A stretch of 64,000 bases of DNA from Chloroflexota bacterium (GCA_963662335.2 CAXXVD010000003.1:256001-320000); one strand, 5' to 3'. Counted from the stretch's first letter, positions 53,237 through 62,881 are shown. Notes: generated from the letters alone by a model not told the origin. Numbers and translations: made by a program.

Positions 53237-53863
53237 CTACTCCTGGCTTCTGCGCTCAAGCTCGCTGAGAAAGCGATTGGCGTAGGGCGACTTTTGCCGG
53301 ACCTTGACCGGGTCCAGTATCGCCAGAATCTCGAAGCTGTGTCTCCCCTTGTCGTACGCTCCCTTACTCGTACTGCGCGTAGCCTGTCGCAGTCCGCTCT
53401 CGACGTCTTGTTTGGAGATTTCCTCTACTCGTGGATTCTGCGGTAGCGACGACTCTTGGAAATTCCGGCCGTAGAAGGACGTGAGAGTGTCCGCGTCGGC
53501 AAGGAACCAGGACTCCATGATCTGCACCATCAGATGGCATTGATCGTCAGTCGCGGCGGCGGGTCGGCTCCAATTCTCATGAACCTTTAGGTGTTGCCAA
53601 GGTCCACCTGCCGCAACCGGGTGCTCCGCATCCACAAGCAGCAGGGCGGCTTCACCATTCGCGACCGCCTTCTTGAAGTCATTGAAAGCCCTCTGCCGAC
53701 TGCCGCAAGGAAGAAAACGGGGCATGTTTCCGGTGAACCCCGTCTTCCTGACAAACCTGATAAATCCTTCGCGGAACTTGCTGGTCTGTTCTGAGCGGCC
53801 CCCTCTTCGCCCCCTTCGATCTGAGCCACTGCCGCCGCCTTCCACATAGACTTTGACGCTCAC
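53237..53863 (-). CDS. DUF4276-like (TOPRIM-like) protein, partner of the AAA ATPase
   Basis: KVYVEGGG, CGSR..A, LLVDAE, MVQIMESWFLAD and Y.KG.HS. The GTG start overlaps the ATPase stop (GTGA). Confidence 0.8.
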   Translation of the reverse strand: MSVKVYVEGGGSGSDRRGRRGGRSEQTSKFREGFIRFVRKTGFTGNMPRFLPCGSRQRAFNDFKKAVANGEAALLLVDAEHPVAAGGPWQHLKVHENWSRPAAATDDQCHLMVQIMESWFLADADTLTSFYGRNFQESSLPQNPRVEEISKQDVESGLRQATRSTSKGAYDKGRHSFEILAILDPVKVRQKSPYANRFLSELERRSQE

Positions 53864-55056
53864 CAGACGTTCCCTCCCAGGTCGCCGCGTGTCCAGAGTT
53901 CGCCCAGGCGGTAGTCTTCCAGCCAGACTTTGAGTTCCGCGGGATCGAGCCGCTGAAGTTGCGTCGCGCCGTTGACTTTCTCACAGACAACCACTGCCTC
54001 CGGCACGTCCGATAGCGCGTCCACCAGGATGTCGGAGTGCGTCGTAACGATGATTTGGCTGCGCTGAGACGCTTCCACCAGGAGGTTTGCCAACTTTGGG
54101 ATGACGTCGGGGTGCAGGCCCATTTCCGGCTCTTCGATGCAGATGACCGGCGGAGACTCGCGACTGTAGAGAGCTGCAAGCAGGCAGAGGTAGCGCAAGC
54201 TGCCATCAGAGAGCCGTGTCGCCGGCACGTTCGATTCCAGTCCTTCTTCTTGGAAGAAGACTTGTACGGTGCCGCCGAGCACTACTGCGAGAATGTCTTG
54301 AAGCGACGGATAGAAGTCACGTTGAATGTCTATGAGTTTTTTCTTATATGGAGGTTTGTTGAGCAGTAGGCTTAAGACTACGGCGAGATTGGAGCCGTTT
54401 TCCAACAGATAGTCTTGGCCAAGATCGGCCGGTTGCGGAAGACGTACCGGCGTTTCGTGTCCGACTTGAAATTCTCTATAGAAGCGCAGCTTGTCAAATT
54501 GTTCGGACACATAGGATAGACCGTCAACTGGCAATGGTTCCGGTAATTGGCTAAGGATAGACTGGTCCGTTCTAAACTCATTAGACTTCAATACTTGCTG
54601 GGATGTTCTCTTGGCATTGGGTCGAATCACTGATCTGTGCTTGTCGTAGCGATAATAGAAACTCGGCCCATCTTCCTCCGTCTGTGAGGCCGCTTCTTCC
54701 AGTAGTTCCTCTCTGAGCGTAAAGTCCGCGTAGAACTGGGTGAATGAAAGCCGATATCGTAGCGGGATGGGAATCCAAGGCAAGTTCTCTACTGTCACTT
54801 CTATTGTCGCCTGGATTCTACGGTCGTGGGGCCCTTTCCAAAGCCACTCGCCTACGCCGCCTCCTTCAGCAAAAGGCACCTGAATGTCCCTGGGCGCTGC
54901 AGCAAGAATCGACAACGCCTCGATCAGGTTGGATTTACCGGAAGCGTTCGGGCCGATGAGGACATTGAGCGGTTCCAGTTCAAAGGGAGGCGTTTCCGGG
55001 CCATAGGAGAGGATGTTTTGCAGACGGATCGTTTGAATGAATCTCTTGCCATCCAT
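53860..55056 (-). CDS. AAA_21/AbiEii-like (SMC/ABC-type) ATPase
   Basis: LNVLIGPNASGKSN, signature LSDGSLR, Walker B IEEPEMGLHP, TTHS and C-terminal LGELW..G.LGG. Confidence 0.88.
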   Translation of the reverse strand: MDGKRFIQTIRLQNILSYGPETPPFELEPLNVLIGPNASGKSNLIEALSILAAAPRDIQVPFAEGGGVGEWLWKGPHDRRIQATIEVTVENLPWIPIPLRYRLSFTQFYADFTLREELLEEAASQTEEDGPSFYYRYDKHRSVIRPNAKRTSQQVLKSNEFRTDQSILSQLPEPLPVDGLSYVSEQFDKLRFYREFQVGHETPVRLPQPADLGQDYLLENGSNLAVVLSLLLNKPPYKKKLIDIQRDFYPSLQDILAVVLGGTVQVFFQEEGLESNVPATRLSDGSLRYLCLLAALYSRESPPVICIEEPEMGLHPDVIPKLANLLVEASQRSQIIVTTHSDILVDALSDVPEAVVVCEKVNGATQLQRLDPAELKVWLEDYRLGELWTRGDLGGNVW

Positions 55057-55449
55057 AGGAACTGTCCTTGCCTTTTCACGTTCCGTGTTGGGCGGAAGTC
55101 ACACTTCCCACTGGAGTAGGGTTTGAGCATGCGATGCGCCCACCCATCCTATGGAACAGTGCCCTAGTGTCGGTGTCAAGCAACGGCGCTCACTTGGGAG
55201 AAGCGGACAGTCAAATGCTCGCGCAATTGGCCATGCTTTCACGTCCATCGGACGGCTTTGCGATCGCTCTTGACACGTGGCTTCCCGGCGTTGCCGTGCC
55301 GCACTGGAGCCACAGACAGCGAGACCAGCCAACGCCGCTGGGTGGTATCATCTCTGTGTGTCACGGCGTGCAGTCTAGGGGTGTTGCTCAAGCGAGCGTA
55401 TCACAATACATAGCGTACGGTTTGCACTCCAGAGGAGGTAAGTTTTCCA

Positions 55450-56457
55450 ATGGCAGCGCAGCAGGATCCGGTTCGGTTTGGCATTATCGGCCTTGGTGTC
55501 GGCAAGTCGCGGGTGAAGCAGGCGGCGACGACGGCGGGGGCGCGGTTGGTGGCGGTCTGCGACTTGCAGGAGGAGTTGGCGGCGGCGCAGGCGGGGGAAT
55601 ACGGGTGCGACTGGCACACCGACCACCGCGCCTTGTTGGAGCGGCAGGACATCGACGCGGTGGGCATCTTCACCCCCAGCGGCACCCACGGCGATCTGGC
55701 CATCGAGAGCCTGCAGGCCGGCAAGCACACCTTCACGACCAAGCCGATGGACGTCTCCACGGCCAAGATCGACCAGGTAATCGCGGCCGGGGACAAGAGC
55801 GGCAAGATCCTGGCCGTGGACTTCCAGCGCCGCTACGAGCCCGGCACGCGCCTGATCAAGCAGGCGCTGGACGCGGGACGCATCGGGCGGCCGATCTTTG
55901 GCGACTTCCGGCTGAAGTGGTACCGCGCCGACAGCTACTTTGCCGGCGGCAATCCGCCCGGCTGGCGCGGCACCTGGCAGTACGACGGTGGCGGTTCGGC
56001 GGCCAACCAGGGCATCCACGGCATCGATCAGACCCTCTGGTTCATGGGGCCGGTGGCGCGCGTGCGGGCGCGCATCAACGTCTTCAACCACGACATCGAG
56101 ACCGAAGACGCCTGCGAGGCGCTGGTGACCTACGCTTCCGGCGCGTGGGGCGTCATCCAGACCACGACCACGGTCTACGGCGGCCTGGGCCACGAACATG
56201 AAATTCACGGCACCGGCGGCACCATCCAGATGCGGCAAGAGGACATCATGACGTGGGCGTTTGCCGATGACCCCGACGGCGGTATGCCCGATCCGGCAGA
56301 ACTCCCGCCCGGTCCGCAAAACATCGTCGAGGATATGCTCGGCGCGATACGGGACGGCAAACCGGTGGCGTGCAGCGGGCCGGAAGGGCGGCGGTCCGTG
56401 GAGTTGCTGGAGGCTATGTATACGTCGGCGCGGGAGGACCGGGAGGTGACGCTCTAG
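55450..56457 (+). CDS. Gfo/Idh/MocA family oxidoreductase
   Basis: GIIGLG, AVCD, TPSGTH, AGKH...TKPM, GGG...NQGIHGID and ETED. GGAGG RBS. Confidence 0.92.
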   Translation: MAAQQDPVRFGIIGLGVGKSRVKQAATTAGARLVAVCDLQEELAAAQAGEYGCDWHTDHRALLERQDIDAVGIFTPSGTHGDLAIESLQAGKHTFTTKPMDVSTAKIDQVIAAGDKSGKILAVDFQRRYEPGTRLIKQALDAGRIGRPIFGDFRLKWYRADSYFAGGNPPGWRGTWQYDGGGSAANQGIHGIDQTLWFMGPVARVRARINVFNHDIETEDACEALVTYASGAWGVIQTTTTVYGGLGHEHEIHGTGGTIQMRQEDIMTWAFADDPDGGMPDPAELPPGPQNIVEDMLGAIRDGKPVACSGPEGRRSVELLEAMYTSAREDREVTL

Positions 56458-56480
56458 CGGGCGCGCGGCAGGGCCGGCAG

Positions 56481-56792
56481 CCGTTCATCCTTCGACAGGC
56501 TCAGGACGAACGGAATGCGGGCCTTGCCGGTTGGTTTTCGCTTCTTTACCTCAATCAATTGGCAAACTCAGGACGAACGGATAGCGGTCTTGCCGGTTGG
56601 TTTTGAATTTCCCGTGCTTGGTTCCGGCGTAGCGCGGGGGCTTGTCCCTAATGCTGTCGCACTAAACAGAGAGGCAGCAAAACTCGCGTCCGAAGTCTCC
56701 GGTAGCGCAGGTTTGTAACCTGCGTAGCTGCCAGGTCAATCCTTTGCATGTCTGCCTTAATGGCTCAGGCGGGGGGCAAGCCCCCGCGCTAC
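56481..56792. repeat. Composite intergenic repeats: CTTCGACAGGCTCAGG.CGAACGG family and an inverted REP pair
   Basis: CCGTTCATCCTTCGACAGGCTCAGGACGAACGG at 56481-56513. REPs at 56629-56649 (+) and 56768-56792 (-). Confidence 0.7.
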
Positions 56793-56885
56793 GGCGTTGA
56801 ATCGCACGCAGCCCTGCGGTAGGGCGCGCAACGTGGTACCATTGCCGCCAGTACGCACGAATTGGCACGCAAGGATGGGTAGGCT

Positions 56886-57722
56886 ATGGCATTCCGGTAC
56901 GCGTTCTGCAACGAGGCGTTCGAGGATTGGGAATTTGGGCGGATCTGCGACTATCTGGCGGAGCACGGGTACGCGGCCGTCGAGGCCGCGCCGTTCACCT
57001 TCGAGCAGTCGGTTTTTGACATAACCCCCGAGCAGCGGGCCGGCGCCCGGCAGGCCGCGGCCAACGCCGGCATCGAGATCATCGGTCTCCATTGGCTCCT
57101 GGTCGGGCCGGACGGGTTGCATCTCACGCATCCCGACGCGGCGGTGCGGCAGCGCACGGCAGACTACCTGCGGGGTCTCATTGCCCTCGGCCACGACGTG
57201 GGCGCGCCTTATCTCATCTTCGGCTCGCCCAACCAGCGCAACCTGCCGGAAGGCGTGGACTACGAGCAGGGCATGGCGTACGCGGCGGAGGTCTTCCAAA
57301 GCGTCTGCGACGAGGCGCAGCAGGCCGGTACCATGATTGCCATCGAGCCGCTCGCGCCGCCCCTTTGTAAGTTCATCACCACCGCGGCAGAGGGCGCGGA
57401 CCTGGTGCGGCGGGTGAATCATCCCGCTTTCACGCTGCACCTGGACGTGAAGGCCATGGAAAGCGGCGAAGCCGAGCCGCCGGCCGACATCATTCGCGCG
57501 CACGCCGGCCAATTCCCCCACTTCCACGCCAACGACGAGAACATGAAAGGCCCGGGTTTCGGCGACACCGATTTCGTGCCTATCATGCAGGCACTGCACG
57601 ACACCGGCTACGACGGCTACGTCTCAATCGAAATCTTCGAGTTCGAGCCGCACGCCGAAGTCCAGGCGCGGGAGGGCATCCGCTACCTGCGGGAGTGCGT
57701 CGACCGCATCGAAGGCGCGTGA
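56886..57722 (+). CDS. Sugar phosphate isomerase/epimerase (xylose isomerase-like TIM barrel; ketose 3-epimerase-like)
   Basis: GY.AVE.APF, FGSP.QR, IEPL, LHLDVK, HFHAND, GPG.G..DF and YDGYVSIEIF. Confidence 0.88.
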   Translation: MAFRYAFCNEAFEDWEFGRICDYLAEHGYAAVEAAPFTFEQSVFDITPEQRAGARQAAANAGIEIIGLHWLLVGPDGLHLTHPDAAVRQRTADYLRGLIALGHDVGAPYLIFGSPNQRNLPEGVDYEQGMAYAAEVFQSVCDEAQQAGTMIAIEPLAPPLCKFITTAAEGADLVRRVNHPAFTLHLDVKAMESGEAEPPADIIRAHAGQFPHFHANDENMKGPGFGDTDFVPIMQALHDTGYDGYVSIEIFEFEPHAEVQAREGIRYLRECVDRIEGA

Positions 57723-57731
57723 CCGCTGAGG

Positions 57732-58544
57732 TTACGCGGCAAGGGCGCCCTCCAGGTAACGGCGGAAAGCGTCCGGCGCGAAGATCAGCGCATTGATCTC
57801 CATGGACGGCAGGCGGTAGGGGTCCGATTCCCGGGTGATGTAGCGCGCGGCGTGCGGCGGGCCGCCGTCGGTTTCGTCCGGTCCGGGCACGCCGACCAGT
57901 TCCGCATAGCGGGTCGTCTTGCCGTCCACCTGGTACTCCGCGCCGACGATCCACAAGCGCCCAAAGCGGTAGCGCGCCTTCACTTCACGCTCTGCGCTCG
58001 TGCTCCAACTCGTGCCGGTAAAGGCGAAGTCCCGCGGCGTGACGCCAAGGTGTTTCTGGATGGCAGCGTCGCATTGCGCGAGTTCGGCCCGCAGCGTTGC
58101 GCCGGTAGGGTCTGCCCGGCTCAATTCCGAAAGATTGGGATGGGTGACCGTGTGCGCGCCAATCTGCCAGCCGGCCGCGGCCAGTTCGGCGGCTTCTTCC
58201 CAAAGCAGCAGTTCGCGCTCGGCAAAGCCCGGCACGCCCTCCTGGTACATGGCGTCCAGCAAGCCCGTGTTGATGAACAGGTTTGCCGTGTAGCCGTATC
58301 GCGCCAGCACCGGATAGACCTCGTGGCGCATTGACTTCATGGGGTGGTCGAAGTCGAACATGATCGGGCGCTCAGGCAACGCGCCGCCATGCCAGAACCA
58401 AGCCGCCAATTCGTCGTAGCTGATTGACTGGAATCCCAATTCGCTGGCGATGGCGACAAGCCGTGCGAAGTGCTCCCGCGTCAGCGGATTGCGCCTGCCC
58501 GGAAATTGGTCGGTGCCGTGAGACATCGTTATGGGTATCTTCAC
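57732..58544 (-). CDS. Polysaccharide deacetylase (NodB/CE4) family protein
   Basis: LPERPIMFDFDH, ANLFINTG, GWQIGAHTVTHPNL and FAF. GTG 58544 has an AAGGAG RBS (the ORF track starts at 58886). Confidence 0.82.
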   Translation of the reverse strand: MKIPITMSHGTDQFPGRRNPLTREHFARLVAIASELGFQSISYDELAAWFWHGGALPERPIMFDFDHPMKSMRHEVYPVLARYGYTANLFINTGLLDAMYQEGVPGFAERELLLWEEAAELAAAGWQIGAHTVTHPNLSELSRADPTGATLRAELAQCDAAIQKHLGVTPRDFAFTGTSWSTSAEREVKARYRFGRLWIVGAEYQVDGKTTRYAELVGVPGPDETDGGPPHAARYITRESDPYRLPSMEINALIFAPDAFRRYLEGALAA

Positions 58545-58660
58545 GGGCGCGGCTCCTTTCGCTGGGAAAGGCGAGTTTGCATCCAGTGTACCGGACGGCG
58601 TCTCTGCGCGTGCTGCGCTTGGGTCAGCGCGCGGGCAAGCGCCCGTGTGCCCTACTCCGC

Positions 58661-58678
58661 ACAGTGTATAATCACTGT
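58661..58678 (+). promoter_or_regulatory. -10 box TATAAT embedded in an inverted repeat (candidate operator)
   Basis: ACAGTG-TATAAT-CACTGT between two divergent genes. Confidence 0.45.
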
Positions 58679-58718
58679 AGATCGACGATGGATACGCGCA
58701 ACAAGAAGGACTGCATCT

Positions 58719-59879
58719 ATGGCAAATATGCAACTCACCGTTCACGCGGGCAATCACGACCGCAATGAATGCCCGGTATGGGCGCCCGCCGGCGGCCTGG
58801 ACGCCGGGGCGAGTTACGTGGTGCGCGACGAGGAGTCCGGCGCGCAACTGCCCGCGCAGGTTGTGCCGGGCGGCGACGGCGCGCATCTCGTCTGGATAGT
58901 GCCGGCTTTGGCGGCCGGCGCGTCACGCGCGTACACGGTGCATGAAGGCTCCACGCCGGGAGGCGTGACGGTGGCCGCGGGCGAGCACGGCGTGGACGTC
59001 CACGTGGACGGCGCGCTCTTCACCACCTACCGCTATGCCGAGCCGGTCGTAAAGCCCTATCTCTATCCCGTCATCGGCCCTACCGGCGAGGGCATGACGC
59101 GCAACTACCCCATGATTCCCGACGTGCCGGGCGAGAAGCACGACCATCCCCACCATAAGTCCATCTACGTCTCGCATGGCGACGTGAGCGGCGCGGACGT
59201 CTGGAGCGAGGTGGAAGGCCACGGCTACCAGCGGCACGTCGAGTTCCTGCCGGCCTATGGCGACTGTGGCGGCCACGCCAGCGGCCCGGTGCTGGGCGCG
59301 CTGCGCTCGACCAACAATTGGGTGGGGTCTGATGAGCAGAAGGTGGTTGAGGACGAGCGGCGCTTCACGTTCTACCCCTTGCCGTCCGGCGCGCGGCTGA
59401 TCGACGTGGAGATCACGTTCCGCGCTACGGCGGGGCCGGCGCGCTTTGGCGATACCAAAGAGGGCGGCATCATTGCGCTGCGGGTCGCCACCAGCATGGA
59501 CGCATCGGACGATGGCCGCATGGAGAATGCCATCGGCGGCATTGGCGAGGCGGAGTGCTGGGGCAAGCGGGCGCAATGGCTGGACTATACCGGCCCGGTG
59601 GCCGGGCAGACGCTGGGTTTCGCGGTCTACGACCATCCCTCCAGTTTCCGCCACCCGACGTATTGGCACGCGCGCAACTACGGCCTGTTTACGGCCAATC
59701 CCTTCGGCCTGCACGACTTCTATGCCAACCCCGGCGTGGACGGCAGCCACGTGCTACCGGAAGGCGGCAAGTTGCGCTTCAAGTACCGCATTTACGTCCA
59801 CGCCGGTGACACGGCAACGGCGCAGGTGGCGCAACGGTACCACGACTACATCACGCCGCCGGAGGTTACGGCGGAGTAG
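58719..59879 (+). CDS. DUF6807 / PF14100 'PmoA-like' family protein (probably carbohydrate-related; not particulate methane monooxygenase)
   Basis: KPYLYPV.GP.G..MTR, DHPHH.S, FGDTKEGG...RV, W.DYTG and DHPSSFRHPTYWHARNYGLF.ANPFG. Confidence 0.75.
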   Translation: MANMQLTVHAGNHDRNECPVWAPAGGLDAGASYVVRDEESGAQLPAQVVPGGDGAHLVWIVPALAAGASRAYTVHEGSTPGGVTVAAGEHGVDVHVDGALFTTYRYAEPVVKPYLYPVIGPTGEGMTRNYPMIPDVPGEKHDHPHHKSIYVSHGDVSGADVWSEVEGHGYQRHVEFLPAYGDCGGHASGPVLGALRSTNNWVGSDEQKVVEDERRFTFYPLPSGARLIDVEITFRATAGPARFGDTKEGGIIALRVATSMDASDDGRMENAIGGIGEAECWGKRAQWLDYTGPVAGQTLGFAVYDHPSSFRHPTYWHARNYGLFTANPFGLHDFYANPGVDGSHVLPEGGKLRFKYRIYVHAGDTATAQVAQRYHDYITPPEVTAE

Positions 59880-59942
59880 GCTGGGCGCGGCCTACTTGCC
59901 GCCCGGCGCGATGCGGGCGCTCTTGCATGGAGTCCTCCCACC

Positions 59943-60462
59943 GTAGCGCGGGGGCTTGTCCCCCGCCTGGGGCTGCGCGGGCGGAGAAGATGGATTCCCG
60001 CATTTGCGGGAATCACCATGGCTGTGCACCGGCCACACAAGGGAATGAAAACGTACGCACATCTCTCCGTTCGTGCTGAGGGCTGCGCGAAGCCCCTGTC
60101 GAAGTATGAACGGAGATATGCGCGTTCGTTGTTGCTACCCGCTTTCTCCGCCGTTCACCCTTCGACAGGCTCAGGGCGAACGGTTTGGTTGCGCAATTTT
60201 CCAGAGTAATGTGAGGACTACTCGCGTAGTGAAGGCCCTCCTACCGTAGCGCGGGGGCTTGTCCCCCGCATTGGGCTGTGCGGATCGGGAATCACCATGA
60301 CCGGGCACCGGTCACACAAGGGGATGAAAACGCCCGCACATCTTACCGTTCATACTTCGACAAGGGCTTCGTGCTGCCCTCAGCACGAACGGTAAGATGT
60401 GCGGGCGGATTTGCTACACGCTTTCTCCGCCGTCCACCCTTCGACAGGCTCAGGGCGAACGG
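59943..60462. repeat. Directly duplicated composite repeat (REP plus two other palindromic families)
   Basis: Copy A 59943-60183 and copy B 60246-60462 share REP, GGGAATCACCATG, CACCGG.CACACAAGGG.ATGAAAACG and CCCTTCGACAGGCTCAGGGCGAACGG. Confidence 0.8.
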
Positions 60463-60524
60463 CTGGGTCACGCTACTTCTATAGAATTGACGCTACTTGG
60501 GCCCTACCCAAGTAGCGCGCAGCC

Positions 60525-61730
60525 CTATGCCGGCGCGGTGAACCACACCGGGCTCGACCAGGCGGTGCGTTCATCGGCCTGCACCACGCGCACGTAGTAG
60601 TAGACCGCCGTGCCGTTCCCGCCGTCGGGCACCGGCGGCGAGACGTTCAGGATGTCTTCCAGCGGATCATCGTCAACCAGGTCTACGGTCACGTCTGCCG
60701 TAGTCTCCGGCGGATGGAAGCGGCGCACGTCCACGTTATTGCGCACCAGGGTGATATGGGCGATCGGCGCCGTGCCGTGCACGTCCACGTGGATTGTGCG
60801 CGGGCCGTCCGGCAGCGCGCCGCCGTCCGCGCCCATGATGTGGCCGTTCGTCTCGGTCCAGAGGCGGATTTTCCTGCCGGTGGCCGCATAGCAACGGCGG
60901 GCGTGCAGGGCGGCAAAGATGCCCTCGCGGGTGAATTCCTCCGCATAGACGCCGGCGAGGCCGGCTCCCAGAATGTTGCGGCGATACGAATTGCGCGCGG
61001 CGCTTATCGGGTTGGCCGGACGGCCCGGGATCTTGGGATCGAACGGTGGGTGATGCCCGCCGGAGTGGCCGGAGTGACTGTCGCTGCTGCCGATCACGCC
61101 CACGCGGTAGCCCCGCGCCAGGCCGTCCTGCAGGAACGAACCGGGCACGCCGGGCGACCAGTTGGGATCGCAGGCCTGCGGGTTGCCTTTGTATTCGTAG
61201 TTCCCCCAATTGGACGTTATTTCCACCACCGGCTCGTAGCGCGGATTGAGCGTGGACCAGTCGTAGGGCGTCTGGTCCCGTGCCAGGTGGTGCGGAATCA
61301 TCAGCGCTTCATACGGCAACTCGTCGAAGGCCGCCCACATCTCGTTGATGGAGTTGATGTCGTGGCCGCTGGGCAGCAACGGCGGTTCATCGTCGCAGAA
61401 ATACGCGTTGTGGTGGCCGTAGGTGCGATCGAGCGGCGAGTTCCACTCGTAGGCCGGAATAGTCACGAACCGGCCGGGGTCATGATAGGCGCGGTTCGCC
61501 TCCAGGATCACCCCGAACTGGTCTTCGGTGAGCACAATGGGCTCCTTCTTGCCCAAGCCGGAAAAGGTGTGATCGGTGACGGCGGCAAAGTCAATCTCCG
61601 CCACGTCGCGCGCGTAGCGGTAGCAGTCCGCCGGCGAGCCGTCAAAGCCGTCCGGGATCGACTCCGGCTTGAAGCACACCGAGTACTCGGCGTGGACGTG
61701 GGTATCGCCCCAGAGCAAGGTGTATTTCAT
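60525..61730 (-). CDS. PHP-like metallohydrolase (DUF3604 / CehA-McbA-like)
   Basis: WGDTHVHAEYS, DFAAVTDH, AYEW, GHHN, IPHH, VEI.S.WG, GSSDSH, ALHARRCYAATG and YYYVRV.Q.D...AWSSPVW. Confidence 0.82.
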   Translation of the reverse strand: MKYTLLWGDTHVHAEYSVCFKPESIPDGFDGSPADCYRYARDVAEIDFAAVTDHTFSGLGKKEPIVLTEDQFGVILEANRAYHDPGRFVTIPAYEWNSPLDRTYGHHNAYFCDDEPPLLPSGHDINSINEMWAAFDELPYEALMIPHHLARDQTPYDWSTLNPRYEPVVEITSNWGNYEYKGNPQACDPNWSPGVPGSFLQDGLARGYRVGVIGSSDSHSGHSGGHHPPFDPKIPGRPANPISAARNSYRRNILGAGLAGVYAEEFTREGIFAALHARRCYAATGRKIRLWTETNGHIMGADGGALPDGPRTIHVDVHGTAPIAHITLVRNNVDVRRFHPPETTADVTVDLVDDDPLEDILNVSPPVPDGGNGTAVYYYVRVVQADERTAWSSPVWFTAPA

Positions 61731-61757
61731 GCGTTGCCTTTCCCGGCGCAAGTGCGG

Positions 61758-62582
61758 CTAGCCTGCCGTCGCCTCTACGTGCTTGCCCAATTCAAGCGGC
61801 GTCCTGAATACCTCGAGAATGTCGTTGCCGGTCACGCGGGCCTGCCGGCTGGGCGCGCCGTTGTCGGGGCGGGTGGTGTGCACGAGCGTGTAGGGCGGTT
61901 CCAGCCAGAAGCGGCCGATTTCGTCACGGCGCTCGATGCCGCGCTTCACGCCCGCGTAGATGAGCGCGCGCGCCTTGGTGGGATGCAGGTGTATAGCAGC
62001 GCCGTTGAACGCGCGGTTGTCGTCCATGCCCAGGCCGGTGGCCGACCCCCGGTCGAGGCCTTCCTTCACCACGGCCGTCTCGATGCCCGGCGCCAGCGCC
62101 TCCGCCTCTTGCGCCGCCGCCAGATCGCCGCTCAGGAAGACGTACGGCACGCCAAAGTACGCCGCGCAAAGAAAACTTCGGCCACTTTCGCCAATGGAGA
62201 CGCCGTTGATGGTCAGGTCTTCCACGCCAAACGAGCCGGAATGGGCCAGATGGCCGCCGGGGGCGTTCGACTTGGCGTGCTGGCCGATGCTAATGGCAAC
62301 GTCGAACGACGCGTCGATAACGGCGCCCATAGGGCGGGGGCGTCCCTTGAGCAGGCGCGCCGCCGGATGCAGCAGCAGGGGCGTGATGGCCCCGTGGCCG
62401 TGGCCGTCGATCACGACAATGTCTGTCGCGCCGGCCGCAAGCGCCCCCTCGACGGCGGCGTTGACTTCCAGCGTGGTGAGTTCGCAGCCGCGCTCGTAGT
62501 AGCGGGAATCCGGAAAGCAGTAGTTCGGCGAGTCGACGACCCCCGCCACGCCCTCCATGTCGGTCATGACGTAGACTTTCAT
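61758..62582 (-). CDS. D-aminopeptidase, peptidase M55 (DppA-like)
   Basis: MKVYVMTDMEGVAGV, EVNAAVEGA..AGA, DGHG, IGQHA, LAHS, INGV.IGE and SGD. Confidence 0.92.
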   Translation of the reverse strand: MKVYVMTDMEGVAGVVDSPNYCFPDSRYYERGCELTTLEVNAAVEGALAAGATDIVVIDGHGHGAITPLLLHPAARLLKGRPRPMGAVIDASFDVAISIGQHAKSNAPGGHLAHSGSFGVEDLTINGVSIGESGRSFLCAAYFGVPYVFLSGDLAAAQEAEALAPGIETAVVKEGLDRGSATGLGMDDNRAFNGAAIHLHPTKARALIYAGVKRGIERRDEIGRFWLEPPYTLVHTTRPDNGAPSRQARVTGNDILEVFRTPLELGKHVEATAG

Positions 62583-62676
62583 AGCTCGAACTCACTTCGG
62601 TATAGGCCAACTATCGAGCGCCGAGAGTTCTCGCCACCAACGTATATGCATATTCTATTCATCTCAATACCTTAAT

Positions 62677-62704
62677 AAAAAGCGGCGAACACGCAGTTCG
62701 CCGC
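62677..62704 (-). terminator. Intrinsic terminator
   Basis: Perfect 9-bp stem followed by TTTTT on the minus strand. Confidence 0.75.
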
Positions 62705-62745
62705 AAGTGGACTCCCTGCTCGGGACGCACCCAAGCAATAATTCC
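62677..62745 (-). ncRNA. Candidate ~70-nt small RNA with two UGCGU-loop hairpins
   Basis: Promoter TTGACT-18-TATCAT (62780-62751). Hairpin UGCUUGGG-UGCGU-CCCGAGCA, then terminator GCGGCGAAC-UGCGU-GUUCGCCGC-UUUUU. Confidence 0.5.
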
Positions 62746-62881
62746 CCTGCATGATAGACTGGCGCATTGCTGTGAGTCAAGGGTTTATCGGTCGCACTAT
62801 CGGTTGTGAATTGCTTGACAATCCATCGAAACCGGACAGCAAGAATGCATTTGCAGCCTCTTCCTATGCGCCCACAGTGCG

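Noticed and set aside
55068-55449. 377-aa ORF 55068-56201
   Set aside because: It overlaps the Gfo/Idh/MocA gene in another frame and has no motifs.
58719-59879. Particulate methane monooxygenase subunit PmoA
   Set aside because: It is a soluble protein without TM helices and has no pmoC/pmoB neighbours. The family label is misleading.
62682-62737. Guanidine-II (mini-ykkC) riboswitch on the plus strand
   Set aside because: The loops are 5-nt ACGCA rather than ACGR tetraloops, the plus-strand stem has a C-A mismatch, and there is no downstream plus-strand gene.
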